In this document: piece by piece, positions 1 to 18,700 of the stretch
Numbering within the stretch: position 1 is the stretch's first letter
How the letters are laid out: each line of letters begins with the position of its first letter
Assembly (NCBI GenBank): GCA_003344405.1
Contig: NOWV01000031.1
Coordinates: 1 to 64,000, forward strand
Length of the DNA: 64,000 nt
Direction of reading: 5' to 3'
Origin: Trichoplax sp. H2
Lineage: Eukaryota
Translations under genes and position numbers: made by a program
Notes under the pieces: model-generated
What the model was told of the DNA's origin: nothing
What the model saw: only the letters and a program-made list of their open reading frames with translations
The model's database searches: none

Positions 1-601
1 AAAAAATGAAGAAGACGGAGAGGTTATTTCCTAATTGCTATGGGTCGTAGTTCTTTTCAATATTGGTTGCCACTTTAAGACAGGAATAAGCCTGTCAATG
101 AATTGAAATACATGTGTAGTTGATCATGTCTAATGAAGCTCCTAAATCTGCAATTGGAGTTTTGAATTCATAACACAGATTATGCCATCTTAGTGTACTG
201 CACAAAGCCAAGTCATCGAATTTTCAGATGCAGTAATGGACAATGAACGTATTGACTATGACAAATTTTGTTCCAAATAAGTAATGCAACAGTGGTTCCC
301 GTTATAGTTGGGATGTATAGTACAACTAATTAGTAATACGCGTCAGTATCGAGGTAAAATAGAATAGATTAATTTTATTTTTATCGTCCTCAAATTCAAT
401 AAAAAGTATATCCATATATACAGTAGCCAATAGCAATTCAAAGTTGAATACACTAAACGTATGCCATAAGTGATCGAAGTATTTTTAAGACAGAAAGACC
501 TGCTATGGTATCAACACCTTGTTATCATTCATTTCATATACGCGCTCATCTAGCTTTTAAGACCTTGCTAAAATGATAATTCTATTTATCTTAAATACAA
601 A

Positions 602-2974
<2,373 letters not shown>

Positions 2975-3654
2975 GGTGTTTAGACGACTAATAACACCAA
3001 AACTACTTCTGAATAAGAACAAGACCTTCTACTCGATCTTGAGTAATTGCTAAGCGTTCTAATGCCTATTGATAATCTTGACAGATGGAAAATAGCGTCT
3101 AGTTTCGCCTCCAACTTCGAAGTGCTGATTCATGCAAACAAATGCAAAACTGAAATAGTAAGCGGGGTCTGCTTCAAATTTTCAACATGCGCATAGCAAC
3201 TCTGTCGTCAAGGCGTACTGAATGTACAGGACTGCCTGATACCAGGGCTACTGCCTTGCATTCTGTATAGCTGTAATGCGACGTCTTAAACTATAGCTTT
3301 TGCTATGGTCTAGTAGACTTTGTCACTGCCTATATACCGTACTGTAGTAGAAAAAGATGATGGCGTATAATCGCAGTTAAAACCATCGACAATATTTAAA
3401 CTGGACCTTTCTCATGTCGAGATATATTGGTGTAAACGAAGTATCTTATCCGAATAAGGATTTGAATAATAACATTTATTTACAGCCTATAGTGAGTAAT
3501 AGATAGTATACAAGGTTGTAGATCTCCGCATTCAGTACTTACTTTTAGAAAACTTGCGAGTTTTCTTACATACTCTACTTGTTTACATCGCGAGGATCGT
3601 AAACAAGAACTATCGTAGCCGATTTTAGTCGAATAACACTAAGCTACTTCTTTA

Positions 3655-4990
3655 CAATTGGCCTTTGGGGAAAATGATTTTTGCCCATGGGTTGATTTTA
3701 GCATGGCTATGATCGATCAGAATTCACTTTCTTGGTTTAGTCGAGTTAGCTATTGGAGTAAATATACTGTATTCAGTGTAGTAGAAAAGTGAGGAATGGC
3801 GTAAACCATAAAGACATTGAAGCTGACCTTTCTTATGTCTAGACATATTGGCCTTCGGAGGAGAATGATTTTTGTCCATGGGTTGATTTTAGCATGGCTA
3901 TGATCGATCAGAATTCACTTTCTTGGTTTAGTCGAGTTTGCCACTGGATGGAATATACTGTATTCAGTGTAGTAGAAAAGTGAGGAATGGCGTATAATTG
4001 CAGTTAAAAACCATAAAGATATTGAAGCGGACCTTTCTCATGTCTAGATATATTGGCCTTCGGGGGAGAATGATTTTTGTCCATGGGTTGATTTTAGCAT
4101 GGCTATGATCGATCAGAATTCACTTTCTAGGTTTAGTCGAGTTTGCCACTGGATGGAATATACTGTATTTAGTGTAATAGAAAAGTGAGGAATGGCGTAT
4201 AATCACAGTTAAAACTATAAAGATATTGAAGCGGACCTTTCTTATGTCTAGGTGTATTGGCCTTCGGAGGAGAATGATTTTTGTCCATGGGTTGATTTTA
4301 GCGTGGCTATGATCGATCAGAATTCATTTTCTAGATTTAGTCGAGTTTGCTACTGGATGGAATATACTGTATTTAGTGTAATAGAAAAGTGAGGAATAGC
4401 GTATAATCCTATTTAAACTATAAAGATATTGAAGCGGACCTTTCTTATGTCTAGATATATATTGGCCTACGGGGGAGAATGATTTCTATCCATGGGTTGA
4501 TTCTAGCGTGGCTATGATCGATCAGAATTCACTATCTAGGTTTAGTCGAATTTGCTATTGGATGGAATATACTGTATTTAGTGTAGTAGAAAAGTGAGGA
4601 ATGGCGTAAAAGTGGTTATTAACGACCGTAATTTAATCGCAGTTAAAACACCCTTGTTTTTCTGCCTGCTTACTATATTGCCATTGAGGGGAAAATGAAT
4701 TTTGCCGATGGAATGATTTCACCATGGCTATGATCTATCGGAATTTATTTTCTTGGTTTAGTAGAGTTGTCCGTTGTCATTGGCTGTAATGTACTGTACT
4801 CAGCCATCGACTACTCAATACTTTTTTCCTTGAACGGCGTTAAAATGGGATATAAACGACCGCTATAATCGCAGTGAAAACACGCTTGTCTTTCCGCCTG
4901 CTTACTACGTCTATTGCCATTGAGGGGAAAAGTAATGTTTGTCGATAAGATAATTTCAGCATGGCTATGATCTACCAGGGTTTATTTTCT
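3655..4990. repeat. Tandem repeat, ~205-bp unit: 5 close copies and 2 diverged copies, plus a partial copy near 3340-3430
   Basis: The core GGCTATGATCGATCAGAATTCA recurs with its GATC at 3711, 3902, 4107, 4311 and 4516, and in diverged form at 4732 and 4969 (spacings 191-237 bp). Confidence 0.92.
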
Positions 4991-5984
4991 TGGTTTAATT
5001 GAGCTCGATTTGGTCAATAAGCTCAGCTTTCCCTCGTATTACTGTTGTAAAAGGATTAGAAGCAACTCGTAGAATGGAGGATAATTCTCAAGAGAAAAAC
5101 TTGCGATTCTAATGATTGATTTTCTACTTTAGCAGTCAATATGGACAAGAGTATTGGAAAATAGGAAGCATTCGTCATAATGATGGCTTCATAATCGATT
5201 GGGGAAGTTGTGAAAGACATTAGAGAAAATTGTCTGTCAGACTATCCTCATCATTTGACTTTATGACGCTTAGTTTACCATTTTTAGAGGCAGAGAATAT
5301 TTCATGGTAGCAGAAAATGTAAATTAGCTAACTAGACTATTAACAACGGTAATTAATCATCCAATCAACGCAATTTTATAAACTGCTGTCGCGGAGTCAC
5401 TTTTCCATAGCAATTGTAGCTTAGCTATCATTCTTTAGGAATACATTGACAATACGAGCATAGAATTCATAAAATAATTTTTCTACATCGTCTAACCAAT
5501 TTCTCATTACTATAACTTCTTGGTAATAAGGAACATCGCCCCTATTTAGAGTTACATTGCTGACTCTAGCCTTTAAATAAATGTCGGGAGGACACACCTT
5601 CGTTAAAAGTTTAATAATTACTACACAGTGTCTATTAAAATTTCCTTTTTGATCTGGTGCTTGATCTAAAGCTTGGCCGAAGTACACGTATCAATGAGAA
5701 TAGTCTATCCCAGACAATCATTGAAGGATACTTGGAATACTATCGTTTGGATAGAAAACTGCATCTGCAAACATACATCATGAAGTAAGAAAGTAAAATA
5801 AAAATCGCAGTGTCTATCCCTCGTTGGTGGCTAACCCCAATGTGGATTAAATTTGCTTCGTAAGACAGTAGACTGTACCATACGCAAGTCCTTGCAATAT
5901 ACATAGTATAGTTCTGCATGGCCAATACTCACGAAACACCCGATAGAGCTGGTTTACTAAAGGACTCTTACTTAGTAACTGGCA

Positions 5985-6675
5985 ACCGCTTGTTTAGTCA
6001 ACAAATTCTTGCTAGGAGTAAACTCCAATCTCATTTTTATCATCGTATTCCCTTCTAGGTGGATCCGTCGTGTTGTTGACTGTATAACTCATCGCAGGAT
6101 AAGAACGTACAGTACTTAACGGCCAATAAAGCTGCTAGAAAGCAAGTATACTAAGACAATTCTGACTTGGTAAACGCTTGTTCAATCAACAATTCTTGCT
6201 AGGAGTAAACTCCAATCTCATTTTTATCATCGTATTCCCTTCTAGGCGAATCCGTCGCGTTGTTTCTTCTCTGGCCAGACTGTATAGCTCATTGTAGGAT
6301 AAGGACGTGCTGAACAGCCAATCAAGCTGGTAGAAAGCAAGTTTACTTAGCCAATTCTTACTTGGTAAACGCTTGTTCAGTCAACAATTCTTGGCAGGAG
6401 TCAAACTCCAATCTCATTTTTATCATCGTATTCCCTTCTAGGTGGATCCGTCGTGTTGTTGATTTTCTGGCCAGACTGTACAGTATAGCTCATTGCAGGA
6501 TAAAAACGTACTGAACGTCCAATAAAGCTGGTAGAAAGCAAGTTTACTGAGACAATTCTTGATAGGAGTAAACTCCAATCTCATTTTTTATCATCGTATT
6601 CCCTTCTAGGTGAATCCGTCGTGTTGTTGATTCTCTGGCCAGACTGTACAGTATAGAGCATTGCAGGATAAAAAA
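5985..6675. repeat. Tandem repeat, ~170-195-bp unit, 4 copies, immediately upstream of the gasdermin
   Basis: AGGAGTAAACTCCAATCTCATTTTTATCATCGTATTCCCTTCTAGG recurs near 6014, 6201, 6397 and 6563. Confidence 0.9.
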
Positions 6676-6781
6676 CCTACTCATCCGATACTTTATTGAC
6701 TCTTTGCTGGAGACTCTATGCTTAGGCTGATTTCTTAAGGTAGCTGCTTAAAAGAAAAGATCTTGTCGAGTGGATCGGTAG

Positions 6782-9039
<2,258 letters not shown>

Positions 9040-10526
9040 GCTCTTATTTTTATAACATGTCTATTTTCCGTATTGCTAGTCATAATCGTTGTGATAAACG
9101 TAATTTTATAGCAAACACTGCTGCAAGTTTTGATTTAAAAGCGAAAAATAATGTTAACAATATTTACTAAATATTAATTTTCAAATTAACATCATGATGG
9201 AGTTTTGTATATACAGCGGTTTTTGGTGATATACTTTCATCCATATACGCGTATACTTGGCGAAAGGGAAAAATGTAATATTACCATTCTACATAATGAA
9301 GTAAATAGCTGTTCTGTGATTTGTATGTGGCCATAGTTGATCAGTGCTTGAATGCAGCATCATTGGTATTATTATCTCGTTAATTAGTGTTTCTCTAATA
9401 TTATTATACAAATAGATGTGCGCTTATGATGATGTAATCGTGTAAACGATACTGAGTGAGTAGTTAGCTAGTCGTTTCTTAAACTATCTCGTACGATCTC
9501 GCTTTGATTAATATTGTCTAATATTTGACAGACTATGAATTGGCTACTGTAACCTGACGGTCCATTTGTAAATTTGTGGGTTATTAAATCTTTGTCCTAA
9601 CTTTAAGAGATTTTAGGATTGATGGCGTGTATATTGTTATTGGCCTGCAAGTGATCATTTCTATTTCTGCTTGAACGTGTATATCGCTGTGATCGAAAAT
9701 AGATAGAACGACAATGTCCAATTGTACAGTACAGTAGTTATTAAGAAGACTTGTTTAACTATAGTACGGGCTCTCTCTCTCTCTCTCTTCCTTTTGGTAG
9801 TTTAGTACTCGCTGTGAAAGGTCATGTTATTTTTACATATCCGTTTTAGTCCTGAAAGAATACAAAGTAAACTACTCGATTTGTGAATATGAAGTTCTTA
9901 CTCGATTTCGTGCTACGATCGACTACGATCATCCAAAGTACAGTAGTACAGTAGATAGAAATGCAGAATTCTAAAGTTGAGAAGTATACTGTACGTCCAG
10001 CCTACTGTACGTATGGTCCTATTTTGTACCTACTGTATATCCATTTCGTTGTGAACAAATGGCTAGTCAATGAGTCGATATGTATTCCTACTATGGAAAC
10101 AACTTGCAACAGGTACACGCCTGAACGTTGCCATCGCACAACAGCCTGTGTAGACTCTTTATCGTCGTTTTCAAAGTACAGTATCGTCCATACTGTATTT
10201 CTAAATCAGTGTCAGTGACATTGTTTTTAATTTTATTGACAGTACAGTAGAGTATTTAGGAAATCAGATGTCACCCTCTTGGAAATCGGTAGTGTAGCAA
10301 ATGATCTTTGTACAGTACTGTAATGTACCAGTACTACATGTCTCAGAACATTGCTGTTTGCGATATTAAAATCTCCAGAACATGATGTTACTGCATCCCA
10401 AATTTGGAAATCCAGTTTGGACACATCTTTCATACAGAAATAAACAAGATGTGTCCAGACTTTCCCTACGCCCTGGGGTACGTACAGTAAATATAGCTCT
10501 ACAGTATTGTACAAAGATCCGTACTG

Positions 10527-10720
10527 GTACCAGTACTGCTGTAAATATATCTACATCCAATATATATTATATTAATATTTATTATATATAATATATATAT
10601 GACATACATATATATATATACGGTATATCAATATATACAGTAGTAACATATATATATGTCTATAACTATATATATATTCCCTATATTTATTTATAGCCAT
10701 ATTTACAGCAGTACTGGTAC
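10527..10720. repeat. Perfect 22-bp inverted repeat enclosing a TA-rich core (MITE-like/hairpin)
   Basis: GTACCAGTACTGCTGTAAATAT (10527-10548) and its exact reverse complement (10699-10720) flank ~150 bp of (TA)n-rich sequence. Confidence 0.7.
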
Positions 10721-11627
10721 GGTATTGGTACGGTACTAGTACCAGTACTGCTATGGCTCTAGAGTACAATGACAAACGTACAGTACGTAATTGACAGTCC
10801 AGTACTGTACACTCTACACTGTACAGTACAGTACATATTGTTGATTGTTGAAATGGACATTTTCTCAAGACTGCCAATCTTTCATTTATTAAATGATTTA
10901 ATAGCATCCATGGCTGTCATGGATTCCCAAAAAGGACTTCTTTTACTACTGTCTTATACTGTCGTCTAACTTGAATCGTACTGTACTGTACTTGAGAGTG
11001 AATGCTGTACAGTAAAGTCAAAAACACAAATACAGTACGGTACACTACAGTACTTTACTGAGTGTACTGTGCTGTTACTGTACTGTATCGTATGCGAAGT
11101 ACAGGATCACGGCGATAGATTTAGTGCGCATGCACGAATCATAGTTCGTTATCATGAATCAGCCCACGAAGAGAGCGAACCCAATTTTGACTTCTATCCG
11201 ATTTGGTAGGCTATCATTTTATGCATATTAGGCGCAAAACGTAACTATAAAATCGTATGCAAAATCCTATAGCAATCATTGCATTACAACTGTGATCTCT
11301 CTGTCGCCACAGGGCGTTAACCTCGTCTGTTGTACTGTAGAGAAACCCTTATAAGAGAGATCTCCAAGGGTCTATATTGTACAGTACATACGGTACAGTA
11401 CGTCCTCTACTGTACAGTGTACAGTACTGTACAGTAAATTCGTTGTGCCTTTACAGTACACTGTACTGTAAAGGCACAGTGTACACCAGCTCACTAGGCT
11501 ACATTGTACCGTGAAAGGAAACTATATTACGAGGCATTTTTGCGTAACAACAGCACTGTATGTTTTTCCACGGTTGGTTGGCAAAAAGGCTGAAAGAAAA
11601 CGTTGTTGGACTTTTTTCTTGGACACG

Positions 11628-13289
11628 ATGGCCGGCGATAAAGCGCAATTGATCAAACAGAATGAACAACTTCGCATCCACGCTAACCTTCAGCGTGTGC
11701 CAGTATCTCAATCAGCGGCTGAGTGAGTATCGTAACTGTAATATACATTTTATGATGATATCGTTTACTGTATACTTAGCGGCCGTTGCAATGATTATTG
11801 AATGCTTGCAGTTCTGGATGATAGCAGTCGTACATCAGTCAAAAGAGCCCCACCAATCATGATGAATAGACAATTGAGTGGATGCTATTTCGTGTTGTCG
11901 AATGGCATCCGTATTCTACTTGATACTTAATGAACGAGTAGCTTGATGGATGAGGAAATTGATCCAGTGAATAATGTGGTAATTGCCGTAGTAAAATGAC
12001 TGTATTCCGGCAATTCTAGGATGGGACAACACAATTACTCCTTGCAATTAATGAATAGTATTCTCTTTTTAGTCATATTTTCACCCAATTTCTTCCATAA
12101 CGACAACTTGAAAGGATAGGCGAGTAGGCCATCATGCAGTTTATTGAAGATTACCATAACATGAGCCATTTCATCTTATCGAAATCTGGTCATGTACCGA
12201 TTGATTCTTTCGGCCAATGACTATTTTCTGAAGTCAAAAAAGTGAAACCGATACTCCCTATTCTACAGTATGGGTACTGTTTCAACAACGCTAGAATAGT
12301 AGTCTACACTCAATACTAGCTTGAATGATTGATTCAATATGCCCAACAGTCGTTTCCACTTTAAAACTACTGTACTGTATATATCTATACAAACGTAATA
12401 CGCTGAAAACAATTTTCTATGCTAAAAATTTAATAAGTGTCCACCATGTAGAAATATTCCTCTATTTCAGTAAGATAAATAATCCATTTCAAGAGGGATA
12501 GTTGTCCCGTCATTTGACCGAGAAAAGTTATCCAAATAAAAAGAAAAGTGCCTCCTTTACCTCGACTAGTCTCGAGTATCCATACTACTACCGTATAGGT
12601 TGAAGAGTCACTCTTGGGTTACTGCACCACACGGCACTCAAGTTACGGCGTATTTTTGTCCTTTCTTTGTGTTTTCGCTCAACACCATCGCGGAGAAAAT
12701 TCTACAGTGTACAGTACAGGCAAGGTTACAGTGCCTAGTATCGTGGACTGTAGAGGATTGTATGAACATACTGTAAATCCTGACGGTATCATGACAGTAT
12801 AGTACTAGAGTCGACCAGTAGGGAAAACCTAACTCTCATGGAAAGCAAGTATCCCTTGCCATTCTTACACCATTGCAGATGACGAGTGAAATAGCCACAA
12901 TTGGCAAGGATTATTATCGAAAATAAAAGCACATAATTTACTAGTAAAGTTATAAACCATACACTTCAATCATTCCATAGAAAGATTGGATAAGAACATC
13001 GTTCTGGTACAGTAAATTAGTTCCATGATGGAGTAGTTTATTAAGTTGATAAAATAAAATCAATAATAATATTGGATACCAATACGGTAACTTAGCGACT
13101 ACGGCAAATAACGACGCTCTGCTACTGTCAACTTTATTGTCACCTTCACAAGTAATGGTTTGACTTTTTTCCTTTTATTGTAGCATGAAGGCCTATATCG
13201 ATAGTCATATCCAAAGTGATCCATTAGTCAATCCAGTGGACAAGAAGGATAATCCATGGGCAGACAAAAGCAAATGCACGCTGCTATAA
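11628..13289 (+). CDS. GNG: Heterotrimeric G-protein gamma subunit (2 exons, 66 aa)
   Basis: Exons 11628-11722 and 13184-13289 encode MAGDKAQLIKQNEQLRIHANLQRVPVSQSAADMKAYIDSHIQSDPLVNPVDKKDNPWADKSKCTLL*, with GGL-domain DPL/NPW motifs and a C-terminal CaaX (CTLL). Confidence 0.93.
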
Positions 13290-14651
13290 AAGAATAAAAT
13301 GATTGGCAAGACGAAGAAAATAAAAAAACGGCGACATTCTAAAAATATTTAAATCGACACAAAATACTCCGCATCATCAGTATGATGAAGCATAAATTAT
13401 AAAGTAGTATTAATGTATCCCTGGAAAAACCCCAATTGCATCGTTATGTTCAAAAAAAGTCAAGATAAAAATTACTCTTGTATTCGAGTCTTAATGATTA
13501 CATTTACATACATAGAAAGCAGTAAATAGGATCTTCTCGAAAGCTTTCTTCACTCCTTGCCTGTCATATTGTTATCTTTTAGAAATTTCAAATGTAATAC
13601 GTCGTTCTTACTTTCTCATCAGATACAGTCAGCAATGATTGTTTTACATTGACGTTTAGCATAATTTAGCTTTGCATAAATCAACAAATACAACGCATTC
13701 CTAGTATTAATGGATTTATCACTTTCTTTCTGTTCTTGATTTATGCCTTTCGATCACCAACATATTTAAGCAAAATTCTTTGGCTGTAGGTTCGTTACTC
13801 GATCTTAACTATTCATTCAGGCATTTTTATTTCATCTGAGAAATGATTGTAGCTGCATTTTTTAAATTAAGAAGTGCTTATTAAGTGTCACAGTAAGCGT
13901 CTTTCCACCAGAGCAATAATGCCCTAAGAAAGAACAAGTCATTATCCAACATGCAATTGGATGTGACGGTGTCACGTAGATAAGTATTGCTGTAGTATAA
14001 TGATAAAGATAATTTACTTTGTCAATGATTACAAATGCATTGTGTGCCTTTTAAGTATATTTTAGATGAACTTGTCCACTGTTAAATAATTTTGAACTAA
14101 TTTATACGTTGTATTTAATAATCGTCAATTCTGTAAACATGTGATATAAGCATAAAAATAAAATCGTCTTTACTTGCTAGCGTATATACCGGATTAATCG
14201 TTATTGTTAGATGTCAAAGCCTTTCAACCAATTGATAATTATAATTACAAGCAAAATGAAGCATTATAGTTACGCTAAACTTTAATGAAACCTAATATTT
14301 GAAACTTGTACAATGGTCATTAGTTAATTTTTTTTTCCGAATAACAGGAGAATGATATAAACTCTCGTAAATAATGTCTTTTCCTCCAATCCATAAATTG
14401 CACAAATGAATACATTTACCTGCTTAACATCTGTAAAATGCGAAAATTTGTACAATAGTCAGCTTTAAATCGACTATCAGTTCGGAATAGAAGAATCTAA
14501 CCACATAACCATAAGCATTAAAGAAAAAATCACTTTCATATCCGATCGTCAGTACAGTAGTTGCTCTTTACTGTATCCACTAACCAGTGAATTTGGACAA
14601 TGAAGGTACAGTAGATTGATAAAAGTTAGGTGGTAAGAAAATAGCAGATGC

Positions 14652-15062
14652 TTGCGCAAGACAAATGCAAGATCCGCAAATGATCGGGAAATAACAGAAA
14701 GTCATGATGTTTATTTTCAAAGAAATATTTTAATTCGATTATCAGTCCTTGATCATAATCACCCCGATATTGCCAAATCTTACAATAATATTGGAATTAT
14801 TAGCAAGAGCCAAGGCAAGAATGATGAGGCTCTACCTATGCATAAGAAAGCGCTTGAAATTCAAACTCCAGTACTTGGCAACAATCATCTCGATATTGCA
14901 AAATCGCACAGTAACATGGGGAGTGTATATTGTGAACTAGGTAAGTATGAAGAGGTTCTTGTTTAGTACGAAGTATCACTCAAAATGCGCATTTCCGTCC
15001 TTGATCATAACCAGCCCGAAATTGCAAAGTCTTACAACAGTATTGGAATTATCTACCATTAA
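14652..15062 (+). pseudogene. Truncated TPR (42-aa repeat) relic with in-frame stop
   Basis: Repeats DHNHPDIAKSYNNIG and NNHLDIAKSHSNMG, an in-frame TAG at 14964-14966, then YEVSLKMRISVLDHNQPEIAKSYNSIGIIYH* ending at 15062. No convincing ATG start. Confidence 0.75.
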
Positions 15063-15752
15063 TCTTAATAATTATAATCTTAATAATTTTTAACTTAATA
15101 TTAAACGTATTGAAAATTCGTAGAGCAATTCTTATTAGAATCTAATGCGAGCTAGGAAAGATTTATCTATCTTAGGCTCCAAGCTGATGAAGTCATCGTC
15201 TAGGTACAAAGATCAACTTTAGATAAATAAATTACTTAAAGATACTCACAAATGCTACAGAATTAATATGAAAATATTACCAAAGAAAATAATTGTATTA
15301 ATGCTAAGTTATTACTGTTAATATTAGAATATAATTTAATCCCGGGATTACAATTATTATAAGTTTACGGCACAATGCGTATGATACTATAGTATTGACT
15401 AGCAATTTGGGTGAAAAAATTGAATGCAATACGTTTTTCAATAGGTATTGCTAAAAAAGTTAGTCCATTCTATTTCGTCAGGATCAACATTCATATTTTT
15501 TCAATGGATATTAAACTAATTGGGATATTGGTTGCAGCCGACGGTAAATCTTTGAGTACCTAATTGCATAATTTCGTTGATACTGGATAATTATTGAAGA
15601 TATTTGTTTACCTGGCAATAAAAGTCCTTGAAAAAAGTAAAAGGTTGCATTTCATTTGTAAATTAATAGTAGTGAAATAGATCGTTTCAAAACTATACTG
15701 AATTTATTACTCGATGATAATTCGTATTATGATTTTTATTTAAGTCTGAAGC

Positions 15753-18700
15753 ATGGACAATCAATCGGTAGCATCAGACATTGCTCAACAAATAAAATTT
15801 CTTTGCAAATTGGGGCAGCAAAATCATAAATCAAAAAAGGTCCAAGAGGCACTATCTTATTATTCGCTAGCTTTAGAACTAATTCGGTCGTTAGCAGAAA
15901 TTCCTTCCGACCTTGATGAACTTCAGTATGATATTTATCTTGCTGTTTCTGATATTTATATACAACAAAAAGAGTGGGCTAAAGCTAGTGAATCCTGTCA
16001 GAAAGCACAAAATTTGGTAGACAAACCACACCAATTAATGAAAATTGCTCGAAATTTAGATAGAATAGGCGAGATTAAAAGATCGTGTCGTGATTGGAAT
16101 GGGGCATTGAATGAATATATAACATCTCTGGATATAAAGCTACGTGTATTAGAAAACGACGATATCGATATTGCTGGATCATACAATAACATTGGAAATA
16201 TCTATTGCGATCTAGATAAATATAAAGAATCGCTTTCTATGTATGAGAAATCACTCGAAATTTATATAGCAAGATTAGGCGATAATGATCTCCAGGTCGC
16301 CACATTATATAATATCATAGGTGTTGTCTATCATTATCAAGGCAAATGTGATGAGTCGATTTCTATGTATGAGAAATGCCTGAAAATTCGGTTATCGCAA
16401 CTCGGTGATCATCATCTTGATGTTGCAACGCTATATAATAACTTGGGAGCTATTTATCATTATCAAAGTAATTATGATCAGTCAATTTCTTGGTATAAGA
16501 AGTCATTAGACATTCAATTATCTCAATTTGGAGAATATCACCTTGATGTTGCCGAGATATATTATATCCTGGGACTTGTTTTTTACGAACAACATAAATA
16601 CGATGAGTCCATTTACATATATAGGAGATCGCTAAAAATTCGATTACTGCTGCTTGGCGATAATCATCTTGATGCTGCTACATTATATAACAACCTAGGT
16701 GTTGTTTACTGTGATCAAGGCAAATATGATGAATCAATATGTATGTATAAGAAATCTCTCCAAATTCGTTTACCACAACTTGGCGATAGTCATCTTCATG
16801 TTGCAGTCTCCTTTCATGGGTTAGGAGTTGTCTATAATGATCAAGGTAGATATGATAAATCTCTTTCAATGTATAATAAGGCACTCAAGATTTACTTAAA
16901 ACGATTTGGTGATAATCATCATTATGTTGCAAAGATATATAATAGGATAGGAAACATTTACAGTAATCAAGGCAAGCATGACGAAGCTTTTTCCATGTAT
17001 TATCAGCTTCTAAAAATTTATTCACAAGCCTATGGGGATAATAATCATCCTGAGGTTGCTGCATTATATAAGAAATTGGGAATTGTATATTATCATCAAG
17101 CCAAATACGAACAAGCTCTTTCGATGTATCAAAATTCACTGCAAATGTATATGCAGATTTCTGATGATCAGCAACCCTTTGTTGCTGATTTATACAACGA
17201 AATCGGTAGAGTTTATGCTAAGCTAGGGAGATTTGATGATGCTCTATCTTTATGCCAGAAGTCATTGAGTATCATATTAAATCGGAATGGTAAAAATAAT
17301 TACTATGCGGCTAAGTCGTATGAATATATGGCCTTTGTGTATTGCATTAACTCTAAGTTTGATGAAGCTATTCCTAAATATCAACAGGCAGCTACTATTC
17401 TACGTAATCTTTTAGAGGAAAATCATCCTCAAATTTCTAAACTTTACGATGATATGGCAGATTGTTATGAACAACTGGATCGAAATAAGGAGGCTACTGA
17501 TTTACGCAAAAAATCGAAATTTATTCAAAGTCAATTAAAATCTGAAGGTGCAGTAAATGAAAGACTTGTCAGTTGCGTGACACCATCTCAAGGTAATTCT
17601 TGCATAAGCGTATACCTATGTAGAAGTGATTACATATTTATTTTAATACAATTTTACAGGCGCGTAATAGACTATTCCTTATGTAGTATCCACTTCCGTA
17701 AATATTATGATGATTTACTTAAATCATTCTAATATTTACATTGCTGATAGCCTTGATTATTAAATCAAGATGAGTAATTGGGTACCGTAATTTTCAGTCG
17801 CCTTGATCCTTTTTTAGTGTGCCATGTTTTTACTAAGTAATGATTCTTTTAGACTTTATAGAGTTCGATAATATCTTAGTGCTTTAGCAATTAAGACATG
17901 GATATTAGTATCTCAGTAGCGTTTATGAAATGTATCCGTTATTAATAGCGCGTGCCTAAGTTAAATTACTATATCCCTAAAATCTGTTTGTGCATAAAAG
18001 TTAACCTTTGAATAGTATTGATAAATTAAAATGAGCATAACTGCTGCTGATATATTCGCTTCCTACTAGTACAAAACGCATTAGCAAATTTAAGAGAATT
18101 TAAGTCCTAAAGTACTAATTTTGACTACAATAAAATGAAAGACATCAGTGAAATTCGCTTTTTCTTTTTAACAATATGTAAAACTGATTGGTGATTACTG
18201 CTAGGATGTAAAACAGTAGAAAATACAGGATCTAATCAAGATAGTAAAGTAATATCGTCTGATGTACAACAGACGAAGGAAGACACAAAAGCCATAGAAG
18301 ACTTTGAAGGTTAGTCATCAAGAGAAACCAGTCACTGGACTCTATTTTTCCTATAATACATTAATAATTACTTTTCATGAGATGAGTAAAATATAAGTGA
18401 ATTGCCTAATGTGAAAGAAATTTATCGTGAATCATGAATATAATGATATTTTACTCATTACAGATGATATAAGTTAGGGTGATCATAGATTGTTTCTTTA
18501 AAATTTTTTATTACTTACAGAATTCTGCATTTTTTGAATATGCTTTAGAGAAGGAATAGAATCACAGTATTTATATTAGTTTGATTCTATTTTAGCAATT
18601 AAGATGAAATATTAAACAATTAACGGTGAATTCATTGAATTATTTCATTTCTATTCTACAGTTTTTCAGCAACAGCTACCAGAATATCAAGTTTTATCTT

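Noticed and set aside
3655..6675. Repeat arrays as CRISPR arrays or RNA-gene arrays
   Set aside because: Whole ~200-bp units repeat with no unique spacers, there are no cas genes and the context is eukaryotic. I recognise no tRNA, 5S or snRNA motifs.
9961..10969. Cluster of short overlapping ORFs
   Set aside because: They are translations of TACAG/TA low-complexity sequence with no recognisable domains.
15998..17226. Antisense and alternate-frame ORFs inside the TPR exons (also 35225-36565 and 25370-25609)
   Set aside because: They are shadows of the periodic coding sequence on the main frame.
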